NCBI GenBank assembly: GCA_052327205.1
Contig: CM126208.1
Location: 193,068,001-193,132,000, forward strand
DNA length: 64,000 bases
Reading direction: 5' to 3'
Source of the DNA: Somniosus microcephalus
Taxonomy: Eukaryota
The translations under genes and the position numbers were made by a program. Shown here in pieces: positions 38,126-51,039 of this stretch (the first letter of the stretch is position 1; each line of letters opens with the position of its first letter). Below the pieces are notes generated by a model. It was not told the origin of the DNA. It ran no database searches and saw only the letters and a program-made list of their open reading frames with translations.

Positions 38126-38342
38126 TCTAGGAGTGTGATACTGGAGTTCAGCAGACCTGGTGAGGTGGTTTCTGAACATTGAGGATTAGATCTGGCAGTA
38201 TGAGGGTTTACTGGGATTTAGCATTATTGGGGGATACAGGGTCTAGCAGACTTGTGGGGTGGTGGGCAAGGATAATTGGGCCCAAACTATCTTCCTAACT
38301 TTTGAACCATCTGATTCCAACCACCCACCACCCCCACATAAT

Positions 38343-40150
38343 GGGCTAAATTCTGCCAGCGCTCAGAGTGCGGGTTTGGAGGCGGGTCCACTGTGAAAAT
38401 CGAAATGTTGACATCGGGATGGGAACCCGCTCCGAACCCGCCTCCATGTAAGTTTCCAAAGTGTCAGGTCTGCAATTTCAGAACAGACCCGACACCAAGT
38501 GGCGGGGTAGGCAGTTAAGATATTTAAATGCTTGCTAACTACTATTTTGCCAGCCTATTTCTATTTTACAACTTTTTGTACGAGGTTCCCATCGCTCGGA
38601 GATCACATCAGGTAAGTAGGTCAAGTTCTCTATGTCTCCCCAATGCTATGAATAGGTGACAGCTGCAAAAGTGGTATGAAAGCTACCATTTCATGGCTGG
38701 TCACTTTCCAATGTCAGAAGCTTGAGCTTTCAGGACTTGGAAGACACTTTTGAGCTGTATGCAGTTTGAAAGTGTTTGGAGTAAACTCTCTATCCACTGT
38801 CACCTCCTTGGAGCAAGCTCTCTCAGCATTGACAGATTGCTTCTGTCATCTCAACTTCAGCTGCCATCTATTCCAGCAACATTGGTGCACTTGAAAAATC
38901 TCATCTTGGTCGTCTGAATCGCTCCATGATCAGCCCCAACACCAACATCACCAGGCACACCAACATCACCAACAACAATACCAACAACAACATCAACAAC
39001 AACACCAACCTTCTCCGCCATCACCTGATGCTGCACAGGACACAGGGCATCAGCACCCGACAACATTGTTGCCCAGGAGGCCAGCGATGGCATCACCATG
39101 GCCAGATTTACTTCACTTGACGCCGAAAACCCTGGCTGCCATATGATGCGCCAGGTTGACACCATCCCACACCAGCACCATAAAGAATCCCTACAATGTC
39201 CAAGCCATTCCTTACACACTCATCACAATTGGGGGGGGGGCGGGGGGGAGTTATGTCTCAACATTCACTGGAACTCACTAAGACACTTCCAAAGGTGAGC
39301 ACAGATCTGTCCGGTAATGTAAAGTGTTGTAAATATAGATTTCAATGTTTGACAACACATTAACAGAAACTTCACATGAACATTGGCTAAACCACTCAAG
39401 TGCCTACCCTTGTGTGTTGTTAGTTCGAATGCTTGCAGTAGGTTGAGGGTGAGTGTGAGGGGTGTCTAGTGAGATGGGGAAGTGATAATGTAGATAGAGA
39501 GGGATGGATGGAGGTACAAGGTAAGTTGGTGTGAGTAAAGATGTGCAGAAGTACAGTAGGGAAGGCAGAGGGTTGTGGATGTGATGAGTGGCACAGCAGG
39601 ATGAGGTTGAGCGTGATTTTGCAGTAACATTTCATCATCTGCTCAGATCATTGAAAGTTTTGCGCCACTGCAGCCTGGTCCTCCTGACGACATCCCTGTT
39701 TGTGCCCTCCTGTGCAATGTGCAACCAGGCTGCATTGGTGTCTTGGGAGATCTCTTCCGCCCATAGGAAGTGAAGAGAACCTCTCTGCGTACTGTGACTC
39801 CCTCCATAAGCATATAGAGGGAGTCATGGGAGAGCCTGGGTGCAGCCATCCACCTTTGTGCAGTGATTGTCAGTGTTTGTAGCACCTCAATACTGCAGAA
39901 CACTGACAGCAGAACTGTCAAAATGAATGTGGCCATGTCCCCTTTAAGGAAACCGGCTGATGTCACATCATCAAATGACGTCATCAGATCCACTTCCTTT
40001 TAACTGTCCGGGAAATGCGCAGGACGGGCTTAACAAGCCCCATTTATGTAAAATCACTTGGAGCGCGCGGTCTGGAGCCAGGAGCGTGACCGGGACCCGC
40101 CAACCACCTGTCCCGCCGCGATCCCGCCTCTGCTGGTGAAATCGCGGCCC
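38343..40150. mobile_element. Degenerate non-autonomous Harbinger-type element
   Basis: Paralog of 181-2101. Myb exon 1 remnant on - strand (AAPRLSHDSLYMLMEGVTVRREVLF); degenerate TIRs. Confidence 0.65.
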
Positions 40151-40419
40151 ATGTGTTCCTGCCTGACGGACTCCTCCCTTACCCATCTTTTGTGCCTTCA
40201 GATACTAACCCACCTGAACCACTGCTTTCCACATTGTCAGCTGGTTCCTATCTAGTAAAACACTTAATTGTAAAGTTTCTGCTTCATAAAATTAATGGAT
40301 GGAAAATCATAGGCCACAGGAGCACAATTTTGCAATATATGCTCCAGACATGTGCCAGAACCACAGAAGTGGAAAATCTACCCTTTAGTGCACTAACTGA
40401 TAAAGTTTTTAATGAACTT

Positions 40420-40830
40420 CGCGGCAAAATTCGGGTGCTTTGCACCTCCCGTTAGTGCCCCGGCTGTAAACTTGGGTCGTGCCCGATGGCGTACCACTAG
40501 ACGCTATGTCCGACAGGGTCAGAGGGGCGTACTTGTGGCCGGGTGGCGATATTTAAGGGGGAGCTGCCGGGTGGCCATTTTTTTTTGTGGGCCACCTGCC
40601 AGCACCTGCACCCTTTGTCTTCCTCCCGTGGGGTGCTGGACGCGATCCGTCAGCCCGGCACTCCTCTTGAGTTCCGGACTCTTTTGCCGGCTCCCTGCTC
40701 CCTGGTGGCCCAGCAGGGCCCCGCTTCGTGCTGCACGAGGCCCCTCCCCTTTAATAATGGCAGGTCAGGGATACAAAGCTCTTCTATTTTGTGATACTGC
40801 ATTGGAGCTGCTTGAGCAGGAAGTGCAGCA
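40420..40830 (+). mobile_element. Harbinger MITE fragment (family of 59856-60581)
   Basis: Shares GCTTTGCACCTCCCGTTAG, GACGCTATGTCCGAC and GCCCGGCACTCCTCTTGAG with 59856-60581. Confidence 0.7.
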
Positions 40831-41827
40831 AAAAAAGGGTCGCTCTCTTTGGAACCCCAGGTCAACCTCCCCATAGGAGTTCTAGCCAGTCTGTTTGGCA
40901 TGAGGTGGCAGACAAAGTCAATTCTGTGCTGCAAATCTAAAGGACATGGGAACAAATGACAAATGTCTGCCAAGGTGTATTGCACTATATCAAACTAGAA
41001 AATCTGCCTTCATATGCATTGTAAGCATTTTTATTGCTGATTTTTTCTCCTCTTCTGAAAGCAGTGACTCACACTGGAGTATAATTCTGGCATTCCTCTT
41101 ACACCTTGCCCTGAGTGATCATTCTTCATGTGTGAGCCTAAATAGTGAGCAAATTATGCATGACACAATGAGTTTCCTTTCAGTTTGGTAAAATATGACT
41201 GAAGCAGTGCCCTAAACTCTCAGAAAACAGCTCTTTCCAAACTTCCTGTCCTTGTCGACACTGCAGCAACTTTAATACCACTACTTCAAACTGGAATGGT
41301 TATTTTATTACCATTTGAAAATGTGAGCTCACAACGCAACCATACAACACAACCGAGCTGATTCACATCTGATTGCGAACCAAGTGAATCCATATATTAA
41401 TTTGCCCACACAAGTTGGAATATTTGCCTCTCATTCCTGATGTACACTTCAAACTTCCAATTTGCATTTCTGCTTCCATGATTCACCAGTGTATAACAAG
41501 CGGTGTACTCGAAAGGGAGGAGGGACCTTTCAGTCAGTTTGCATAGGCTATGTTCAATATTCTGGGGCTCACGAATGAAGCTGCAGTGAAGCTGCAGATC
41601 TTATCAAAGTTCATAACTAGTACCATTCTTTTCCTGTTATTCTTCTTTCATTCCTTTATTTTCAGCTTTCAGTATGTCCTCACGACATACATTATTAGCT
41701 ACATATGCTCCATTTTAGGAATGTCTTGTGACCCCAAGGAACATTTGAAGGTCCCAATTACACTCAAAAAGCTAGCACCTCACAGAACTAAGCTTCAGTC
41801 GCTTCTTCTGTACCGAGCACCACAATA

Positions 41828-41985
41828 GGGGATTGAATTTCTGTGGGGGTTTTCCTGATCGCCCACCATAACTTTGGGGGTAGGTCCGCGGAATCTCCAC
41901 AGAAATAGCATAAACTGAGAGTTCCGCAGATCTTCTACTGAAGTTATGGCAGACAATTGAGAGAACTCCCAGGTATGTACACCCC
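41828..41985. mobile_element. Short degenerate MITE (long imperfect inverted repeat)
   Basis: Left arm ...CCATAACTT is mirrored by AAGTTATGG...CCCC. Confidence 0.45.
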
Positions 41986-42681
41986 AGGGGATTTAGATAA
42001 TCAGTTTAAGGGGGATCACCAAATGAGGTGCAGAGCATGAATGAGCTGGAGCAGGTGGTAGTGATGGTGGCAGCAAAGACCGACCAGGAACCCAATACTC
42101 AAAGGACAAACTCACATCCTTCCTCAGCTGCAGTGCCCAGGGATTCGGGTCTCACAGGGCTTGTATTTATAAGGAAAATGCTATCTGAGCACCAGTAGTT
42201 CTTGCTGTCATTGAAGAATGAATCAAAAACACCGCATGATCTGGTGGCAACTATGGAGGAGTCCACTATCCACTTATTTACAGTTGTACAGTTCAACATA
42301 GAGTGCATTGCAACTTCAAGGCCATTTGCAACAGACTCCTGAGTGAAAAAGATCCGTCCATCTTAAAGGCACATTCGCCAACCCTTATTTTCTAGAACGA
42401 CCATTTCATTTCCAACCTTCACTTTTTCCACACATCATTGCTAACTAAGTATACACTCTACTCTTCCCATTACTGCTTGCTCAAGTCTTGCCAATCTGCT
42501 TTCTATTCCACCCATATTGAGACTGTCCTGGTAACAATTAGCAATGACATTCTGGATGATGAGGTTGTGGGAGGCTGTTCCCCATGATACTTCTGCTACC
42601 TTTGACACATGGTGTGGAGATGCCGGAGTTGGACTCGGGTGGACAAATGTCTGTAGGTGTCCTCCAACAGCTTTATTTGAA

Positions 42682-42720
42682 ATCACAAGCTTTCGGAGCG
42701 CTGCTCCTTCGTCAGGTGAA
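42682..42720 (-). ncRNA. Minimal hammerhead ribozyme (inverted copy)
   Basis: Exact reverse complement of 43914-43952. Confidence 0.75.
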
Positions 42721-42783
42721 GTGGAGAAATGCATAAAGACACAGCTTATATAGTCAGAGAATCATGTTAGATGTTTACAGGTA

Positions 42784-43567
42784 CAGGTTTACAGGACACC
42801 TACAGACACTGAAAGACGCCCTTGTAAGAACGGGATATGACGCTCGACTCGTCAATCGACAGTTCCGACGGGCCACAGCGAAAAATCGCATAGACCTCCT
42901 CAGAAGACAAACACGGGACACAACCAACAGAGTACCATTCGTCATCCAGTACTTCCCCGGAGCGGAGAAACTACGCCATGTTCTTCGCAGCCTTCAACAT
43001 GTCATTGATGATGATGAACACCTCGCTAAGGCCATCCCCACGCCTCCACTACTTGCTTTCAAACAGCCACCTAACCTCAAACAGACCATCGTTCGCAGCA
43101 AATTACCCAGCTTTCAGGAGAACAGCGACCACGACACCACACAACCCTGCCACAGCAACCTCTGCAAGACATGCCAGATCATCAACACAGATACCATCAT
43201 CACACGTGAGGACACCACCCACCAGGTACATGGTACATACTCATGTGACTCGGCCAACGTTGTCTACCTCATACGTTGCAGGAAAGGATGCCCCGGAGCA
43301 TGGTACATCGGCGAGACCATGCAGACACTGCAACAACGGATGAACGGACACCACGCAACAATCACCAGGCAGGAGTGTTCCCTCCCAGTCGGGGAACACT
43401 TCAGCAGTCAAGGACATTCAGCCTCCGATCTTCGGGTAAGCATTTTCCAAGGCGGCCTTCGAGACACACGACAACGCAAAATCGTCGAGCAGAAACTGAT
43501 AGCCAAGTTCCGCACCCATGAGGACGGCCTCAACCGAGATCTTGGGTTCATGTCACGCTACATGTAA
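42784..43567 (+). pseudogene. Penelope RT thumb / GIY-YIG endonuclease C-terminal fragment
   Basis: Open frame ending GLNRDLGFMSRYM; N-terminus missing. Confidence 0.85.
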
Positions 43568-43913
43568 CCCCACCTGATGCAGGGTCATCCAGACTCGAGT
43601 TGACATTGGCTTGTTCTCTCTACACAGATGCGGCCAGACCTGCTGTGATTTCCAGCAAAAAAAATGTTTTTTGTCTGTTTTTTTGTTTTTCATACAGACC
43701 CCAGCATCTGCAATATTTGATCCCTTGTGACCCCACCTCATTGTTCTTTGATGTAATGTTTTCCTGACTGACCTGTTTGGACACCATTCACACCTTTGAT
43801 TGCTGTGATTATCTCTCTGCCGAGGTGTGATAAATGGCAGTTGGAAACATTACCTGTAAACATCTGACATGATTCTCTGACTATATAAGCTGTGTCTTTA
43901 TGCATTTCTCCAC

Positions 43914-43952
43914 TTCACCTGACGAAGGAGCAGCGCTCCGAAAGCTTGTGAT
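43914..43952 (+). ncRNA. Minimal type I hammerhead ribozyme
   Basis: TCAC-CTGACGA-A-GGAGC/GCTCC-GAAA-GCTT-GTGA; stem I TCAC/GTGA; palindromic stem III. Confidence 0.8.
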
Positions 43953-44847
43953 TTCAAATAAAGCTGCTGGACTATAACCTGGTGTTGTGTGACTTCTTAC
44001 CTTTGACACAGTTAACACTATCATGCCTGGTAGTGCATGACATGCATTTCTGGGTAGCGGATGACGGAAACCTCTGCTTAAAACAAGAGATTCATTTTAA
44101 TAACTAAACGATGCAGGAGCACTGTGTCTTTCCTCCCAGAACACCATGTTTATAAAGAATTGCATAGAATTTATAGCATAGAAACAGGCCATTCTGCCCA
44201 ACTGGTCTATGTCGGTGTTTATGCTCCAGATGAGTATCCTCCCACCTATCTGCATATCCTTATATTCCTTTCTCCTTCATGTACTTATCTAGCTTCACCT
44301 TAAAGGCATCTCTGCTATTTGCCCAACTATTCCTTTTGGCAGCAAGTTCTACATTCTAACCATTCTCTGGGTAAAGAAGTTTCTCCTGAATTCCTTATTG
44401 GCTTTATTATCTTATATTTATGGCCCCTAGTTTTGGACACCTCTGCAAGTGAAAACATCTTCTCTACGTCTACCCTATCAAACCGCTTCATAATTTTAAA
44501 GACCTCTATCAGTTCACCCCTCAGACTTTGCTTGAGAAAAGAGCCCACGACTGTTCTGTCTTTCCTGATAGTTATATCCTCTCAATTCTGGTATCATCCA
44601 TGTAAATCTTTTTTGCACCTTCTCCAGTGCCTCTATATCTTTTTTGTAATAGGGAGAGCAGAACTGTACACAATACTCCAAGTGTGGTCTAACCAAGCAT
44701 CTATACAAGCTTCACATTAGCTCCCTGCTTTATAATTCTATTCTTGAAATTAACCCGAGTGCTTTGTTTGCATTTTTATGGCCTTATTAACTTTTAGTGC
44801 TTTGTGGCTGTGTACCCCTAGATCCCTTTGCTCCTCTACCCCATTTA

Positions 44848-46259
44848 GGGGGAAAAATTGGCTCACGCCACAGTTGGGGCACGAGCTTTGCTGGGGCGCT
44901 ACTCCCAAAAAAGTTAGCACCCCCGTGCCCGAAATTGAATGGTAGTGCCCCAAGCCGGAGGTGGGGCGCTACTGGAAGCACTCCCCCTCCCTCTTGGGGC
45001 ACTCTCATTGAATATTGCGGCACTATGTGCAGCAGCACCATGCGCATTGGCATGTAGTGCCACGGTACTGCAGGCCTCCCGCCCCTGAATAAAGGGGAGG
45101 GGCCTAGCGCAGCACACACCGGTGCTCAGCTGGATCACCGGGGAGCGGGGTGCAGGCAAAAGGTCCCGGCACTCAAGGGGAGCGCCAGGCTGAGCGATCG
45201 CGTCGGCAGCTCGCAGGAGGCGGCGAGAGGGGGCAGGTGCTGACAGGTGGCCCAAAAGCAAAGGCCACCCGGCACCTGCCCTTTAATTTGCGCTGCCCCG
45301 GCTGCAAACATGGCACACTGACCCTGTCGGGCATAGCGTCTGGTGGGAGGTCAGGGGGCGTGAGCCAAGTTTGTGGCCGGGGTGTTGCGCACGGTGATGG
45401 CGCCATTGCCGGAGGCGCAGCGCCACGGGGCGCTACTGGCTACTGCCGCCGCTAACCTCCTGCTGAATTTTGCAGGAGGCATTAGTGGCGCCGCGCCCAA
45501 GCGCTAGTGCCTAGAAATTCGGTGGAGGCCCAAAAGGGGCGCCAAGCTCGCCTGGGTGCCGGAATTACTGCTGCGCTCGGAGCCGTTGCGCCTGCCAGAA
45601 ATTCAGCTTGAGCGCCCCAAGAGGGACACGGGGCGCTGCTCGAGGCGCCCCGTGTCCCTCTTGGGGCGCTGAAACTGAATATCGCAGCGCAACGTGCCGC
45701 AGTGTGTGGCGCGCTGCGGTACTGCAGGCCTTCCTCCCCTTCTTAAGGGGGAGGGGCCTGCACCAGCGCGATGACCGATTGTGAGTGCCGGCAAAAGAGC
45801 CCGGCACCGAGGAGAAGTGCCTGGATCTCGGGACACAGCCGGCACTGCCCGGGGGGGGTGGGGGGGGGATCAGGAGGCCGGGGACAGAGGTGCTGGCAGG
45901 CGGCCACCGGAAAAAATGGCCGCCCCGCACCTCCACCTTAATTTGCGCCACTACTGCCACAGGTAGGCCCCGTGAACTGGGCGCAATTTGCGAATGGCGT
46001 TACAGAGGCGGGCGCTACCAAATATCGCGATCGGGGTGGTAGCGGGGCGCTGCGCACACCGATGACGTCATCGGTGGCAGTGCAGCGCCACAGGCTAACG
46101 CCGCCATTAGCGCCCCGCTAAATATCGCGGGAGGCGTGGCCAGTGGCGCTAAAGCCACTGAGTGCCCTCTTTAGGCGTTAACTGGTGGTGCAGCCCACCG
46201 AATTTCTAGGCCTAGGTGTTTTGCACCCGGGAGTTGCAAAGAAACCAAATTTTTCCCCC
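44848..46259. mobile_element. Harbinger MITE
   Basis: TIRs GGGGGAAAAATT / AATTTTTCCCCC and TSD TTA/TTA. Confidence 0.85.
45508..46212. mobile_element. Harbinger MITE nested in a related MITE
   Basis: TIRs TGCCTAGAAATTCGGT / ACCGAATTTCTAGGCC and TSD TAG/TAG. Confidence 0.88.
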
Positions 46260-47934
46260 TTATTTTCCAAGGAATATGTGGCCTCCTTATTCCTCCTACC
46301 AAAATGCACCACCTCACACTTGTCTATATTCAAATTAATTTACCATTTACACCCCTATTCTGCAAGTTTATTAATGTCTCTTGAATTTTGTCACAGTCTT
46401 CCTCAGTATTAACTATACCCCCAATTTGGCGTCATCCACAAATTTTGAAACTGTACTTCTGGTTCCTGAGTATATGTAAATAGTGAACAACAACGCCAAT
46501 CCCTGTGGAGCACCACTTCCCACCTCCCGTCAGTCTGAGTAACTACCTTTAACTCCTACTATCTATTTTCTATTTTGTAGCCGGTTTGCTATCCATTCTG
46601 CTCCTTGTCCCTGACTTCATATGCTCTGACCTTCGTCATAAGTGTATTATGTACTACCTCATTGAAGTATATTACATCTCCTACATTATCCAAGTCTACC
46701 CTTTCCGTTACTTCTTCAAAAGAATTCAATCAGGTTAGTCAAGCATGACTTTCTCTTTTGAAATCCGTGTTGACTATTCTATATTATATTTTCGGTTTCT
46801 GGATATTTTTCTATTACATCTTTGAGTAAAGATTGTATTATATTTCCTACCAACAAAATTAAGCTAACTGGTCTATAGTCCCTTGGACTTGTTCTATCTC
46901 CCTTTTTAAATATAGGAATAACATCAGCTGTCCTCCAGTCCTCTGGGGAAAGCATTCCTTCTCCTCCTGGCTCATTAGGAATGCTCTAAAATGCACTTAC
47001 CTTGTGCAGCTGGTTGCTCCCATCTCCATTTTTTGCTGCTGGTTTTCCCAAGCCCAACCGACAATTGTGAAATTTAAATCAGGTTTCCAACTGCACTGTG
47101 GGAACCTGATTTAAATATTATAATGACGTGTCCCGCCTTTCCAAGATGGGACACAGGCACGCCACACAAGCCGCCACCATAAAAATGGTGGCAGGTGCAT
47201 ACACAGTGGGCTGGGGTCGCTATTCACATTTTTAACATCTCAAACCTCTCCCGTGGGCAGGGGGCGCAGCTAATATCGACCCCAGTTTGTTTGTGAAACA
47301 AAAGTAAAGCTGCAACCAGATAAAAAAGCTACTGACTAGGTTATGAATAGGAGACATCATTACACCAACCACAATATATAAGTGACACCTGTTTACATTT
47401 GGAATCAAACCCAGAGCCATGTTGTTTTCTATTTATACAATGATAATTTTAGTAATATTATCGTTTTAAAATGTTTTAAAAAATTGTAGTGAAGTCTTTG
47501 CTTATTGGTGAGTCACAGAGGAGGAATATGACACTTCTGCTTGGTGATTATGTAAGTTTGGGCGATTGCGAATTATGGGTGGTTGATTTGAAATATGGTT
47601 AGAGAAGGTTTACCTTTTTTTAAAAATGGTTTTATTACCATTCATAGTTCTAAAAAATATAGCATTATTTTGGGTTCCTAGAATGTGGCGTATGAGGCTA
47701 ATCTAATAAATTGCTAATTTGGTTAACATCCAACAGGCAGAAATTGCCACCCAGGTAAGAGGGCAAAACATTGTATTTACCCACGACTATACTCGTTTTG
47801 ATTTTAATATCCAATTTGCTAGCAGCAAAGCTTGTGATCCAGAGATTGCGAGTAAAACTGTGTCTACAAGACTGCTGCCAGACTCTCAAAACTGGATTTA
47901 AACAGCATAAATACTGAGAAAAACAGCAGGGATT

Positions 47935-48135
47935 TCTCTAGAACGTCCTGGCTAATATATCTCCTCAATTAATAGCACCAAAACACAGATCAACTGGTCA
48001 TTCATCTCATCTGGTTTTGAGAAATGACAAGTGCAGAGAGGCTCTTGCACTTGCTGACATATGTTGCCATGTTTCAAAAAAATTATTGATCCTGTGAAGC
48101 ATTTTCGACATGTAATGCACTATATAAATGCAAAG
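47935..48135 (+). mobile_element. Deu-domain SINE fragment (AmnSINE/SacSINE-like)
   Basis: GTCCTGGCTAATATATCTCCTCAA...ACAGATCAACTGGTCATT and tail CTATATAAATGCAA, matching the recalled DeuSINE consensus. Confidence 0.55.
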
Positions 48136-49014
48136 GTTATAAATGAAACTTTGCATTTTAACTGTTGCATTGCTTGTCTATTTGTTACGACATTTTGCAT
48201 TGTTTTATTTTGTAAGGGGTTCGGAGTTGGTGGGGTGATAGAGTCCTTTATTTATGTGTATCTGCAGGAGAAAAATACAAAAACAAGAACTGCAGAGAAA
48301 AGGTCAATTTGAAGACTGGAAATCCTGGTCGGACTGTATCAGTAGCATCTTGGAAGGTCTGTACCATCAGTCAGGGCAGGAGGGGACCTCTGTAGAACAA
48401 TGCCCAGGGGCTGTTAAGTAACACTAAGATTTATTGCAGAGATGCTTAAACAGATGCAATTTGTTTTTGATGGCCACCTTCGAGCTCATTGGAACAGAAT
48501 TGTTATTCGATAATTGTAGATGTGTATTATTTCCTCTCCCTTTCTCTCTCTAAGGTATTACAAATTTGTACCCCTAACCATGCAGGAAGGAATTGAAAGG
48601 CAGATCATATAATGAGAGAGAGAGAGAGAGAGAGAAATCAAACGAGAGAATAAGAAAAAATGTAGCAGCATGGTGCAAAGTGTCAATTAAAACCAAACAG
48701 ATTGATAGTGGAAAGTTAAAGGCCTAGAAATTGGATATGGCCCAAGAACAGGCGGTGTCACGTGCCAGCACTATTTGGCTGTGGACGTTCAAAGTGGTGC
48801 AGGCAGCACGTAAAATTTGTGCTGCCTGTTCAATTATATGATTGTAATGCTGGTCTCAGTGCTAAATGCGCCACTGGTTGGCTTACCATTCAACAGGTAG
48901 GCCAATGTTGGGTGCAGTCTAATGGCCAGTAATGTTTGGCCTAGTCTCTCTCTACAAGTTAAAGAGGAGGTGCTTTGATGCAGCAGCACTTCATTGGCAT
49001 TGGAATTGGAAGAC

Positions 49015-50831
49015 ATGGCTCAGCAGTAAAACAGGGAACGAGCCAGAAGGTTCTCCGATGCAGTTCTCGAAGCATTGGTAGTGGCAATGGAGGGAAGGTG
49101 GGGTGTCCTGTTCCCACAGGGTGGCAAGAAGCCATCAAAGCACACTTCCAGAAGGCTGTGGCAAGAGATAGCTGGGTACGGCACAGCCAACAGTGTCGTA
49201 ACGTGGACATGGATCCAGTGCCACAAGAAATTTAATGACCTCACATAGCAGGTCAAGATGAGTGAAGGCTTCAGCAAATGCCATATCCCACCATCTGCAC
49301 CACAAGCCTCACACACTGCTCAATGCACCTCACCACATCAATCACCTACCAACAATCGCTGCCTATCACCACTTACACCTCATAATTATAGCTTCACTTC
49401 ACCCTCACCACTGCTGCAACAATCACATCCGACACCATGCACACACTGACAGTTATTCAACTATGGCAGGCACATCACCCAAACACATTGCAATACACTT
49501 ACTGAAACACTTCCCTTTCTCTTGCAGGCCAAGGTGACTCACAGCCGCCGTGAGCAGCGGCAGATGGGAGGAGGCCAAGCCGCTTTACAGGCCTTGAGCC
49601 AACTGGAGGCGACAGTGCTCGACCTCATTGGAGGGGAAGTCAATGAGGCCATAGCAATGGGCGAAGTTGAAGCCCTTGGTCATTCCTAATCCTTCGTCTC
49701 ACATCCCATTTCACCTCATCCCACAATCTCTTCTCACTTAGCTGCTAATGGTGTATGCATGGATATCTTGCGTTCCCCCCTCTCCCCTCACCATAACTCG
49801 GCTCTTGTGCCTTTCTGTTTTGAGATGACCAAGAAATGCCACCAGCACAGCCTGTCCCCGAAGTCATGGAGGAGAATGGAGATGAAGAAGAAGGCTCACC
49901 GTCACTGCATCTGACACCAGCTCAGAAACTGGCACTGCGCAGAATTTAGAGGGTAGTATAGAGGCAGGATCTGCACATCGTGAGACATTGGGCATGAGTG
50001 GGCTGCAGCAAGGACAGGGGAAAGAATAGCTTGGGGGCCAGTTCCCTGGAGGGCGAGTTCACACACGAGTTCTGCTGCACAGGATTCAGATGATGACCTC
50101 AATGAGGCAGTCTTCAGAAGAAGAGTGATGGGCATGCACATGGAAATCCTAGGTGCAATGGCTGGCCTGCCAGGGAGCCTCTGGCAGAAAGCTCAATGTC
50201 AAGGAGCATGGAGGAGTCCGGCTCCAACATTGGACGGGGCTTTGTGCAGAGCTTGGCGCACATGATTTCCAGGATGGAAATGATGGACAACTCCAGGAGA
50301 GAACTTGTGGACCCAGCCATGATACTGCATGTGACAGGTGATGTCGCGGCTTCCATTGCAGCACAGGTGGAAGCAATGCAATGTCTCACAGCTGCAGTGG
50401 GAGCTCAGGCTGTTGCCATCGTGGCTGGGTTAATGAGTATCGAAAGGCGCTTGCAGTGTGTTGCAGCAGGCCAGCAATCTGTCCTCCAACAAATTGCTAG
50501 GAATGCTGAGGCACCACCCTGGGGGAGTGGCAGTGGGTCAGTGAAGCAGGAACCTGCTGTCCTCTCTCAGGATGACAGCATTCCTACACCCACCACTGCC
50601 ACTCTGTCATTGCCCTTGCCACTGACTGTCAGCCAGCCAACCCAGACTGCTGCCGCCCATGCCGAGGTGGTGCAGTCTACAGCCGGGCCATCTAGGTCCA
50701 CAGCTGGTCGAGGTTGTCCTGCAAGGCCATCTGTAGTCTCCCCCATGGAAACTCAGCAGCCTTCCACCAGCAATGCTGCAGCCACTGGGGGAACACTGCG
50801 TAGGAGCACCAGAGTAGGAAAGGGCAAATGA
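49015..50831 (+). pseudogene. Decayed Myb/SANT gene of element E
   Basis: RERARRFSDAVLEAL, QCHKKFNDL, acceptor at 49527, VLSQDDS, QSTAGPSR, LRRSTR; multiple stops. Confidence 0.8.
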
Positions 50832-51039
50832 ACAACAGACACTAAGGGATTGCACAAGTGTGATTAGTTCATATTGTAATGTTAATTGAATACTGATAAA
50901 TTTATTAACTTTGTTTGGAATGTTTGTTTTGTGGTGGCTCTCATTTCAGCTTTGTGCACAGGAGGAAGCTGTGAGATTCCATGACAAAGGAATGGTATCA
51001 TGGGCATGTGGTTGATGGGGATGTGGTGAGCAATGAGAA

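Larger units (their letters stand above)
42610..43997 (+). mobile_element. 5'-truncated Penelope-like element with inverted 5' pseudo-LTR
   Basis: TSD TACCTTTGACACA (42597-42609 / 43998-44010). 42668-42783 is the reverse complement of 43851-43966. ORF has PCHSNLCKTC and the GIY-YIG motif VVYLIRC...WYIGET. Confidence 0.92.
44160..46945 (-). mobile_element. CR1 LINE 3' fragment, interrupted by nested MITEs
   Basis: LVRPHLEYCVQF, LEKVQKRFT, RGELIEVFKI, TRGH and NYRPVSL on - strand. Confidence 0.85.

Noticed and set aside
47737-47754. 18-nt microexon (CAG|GCAGAAATTGCCACCCAG|GTAAGA)
   Set aside because: Good donor but no polypyrimidine tract; cannot be supported from sequence alone.
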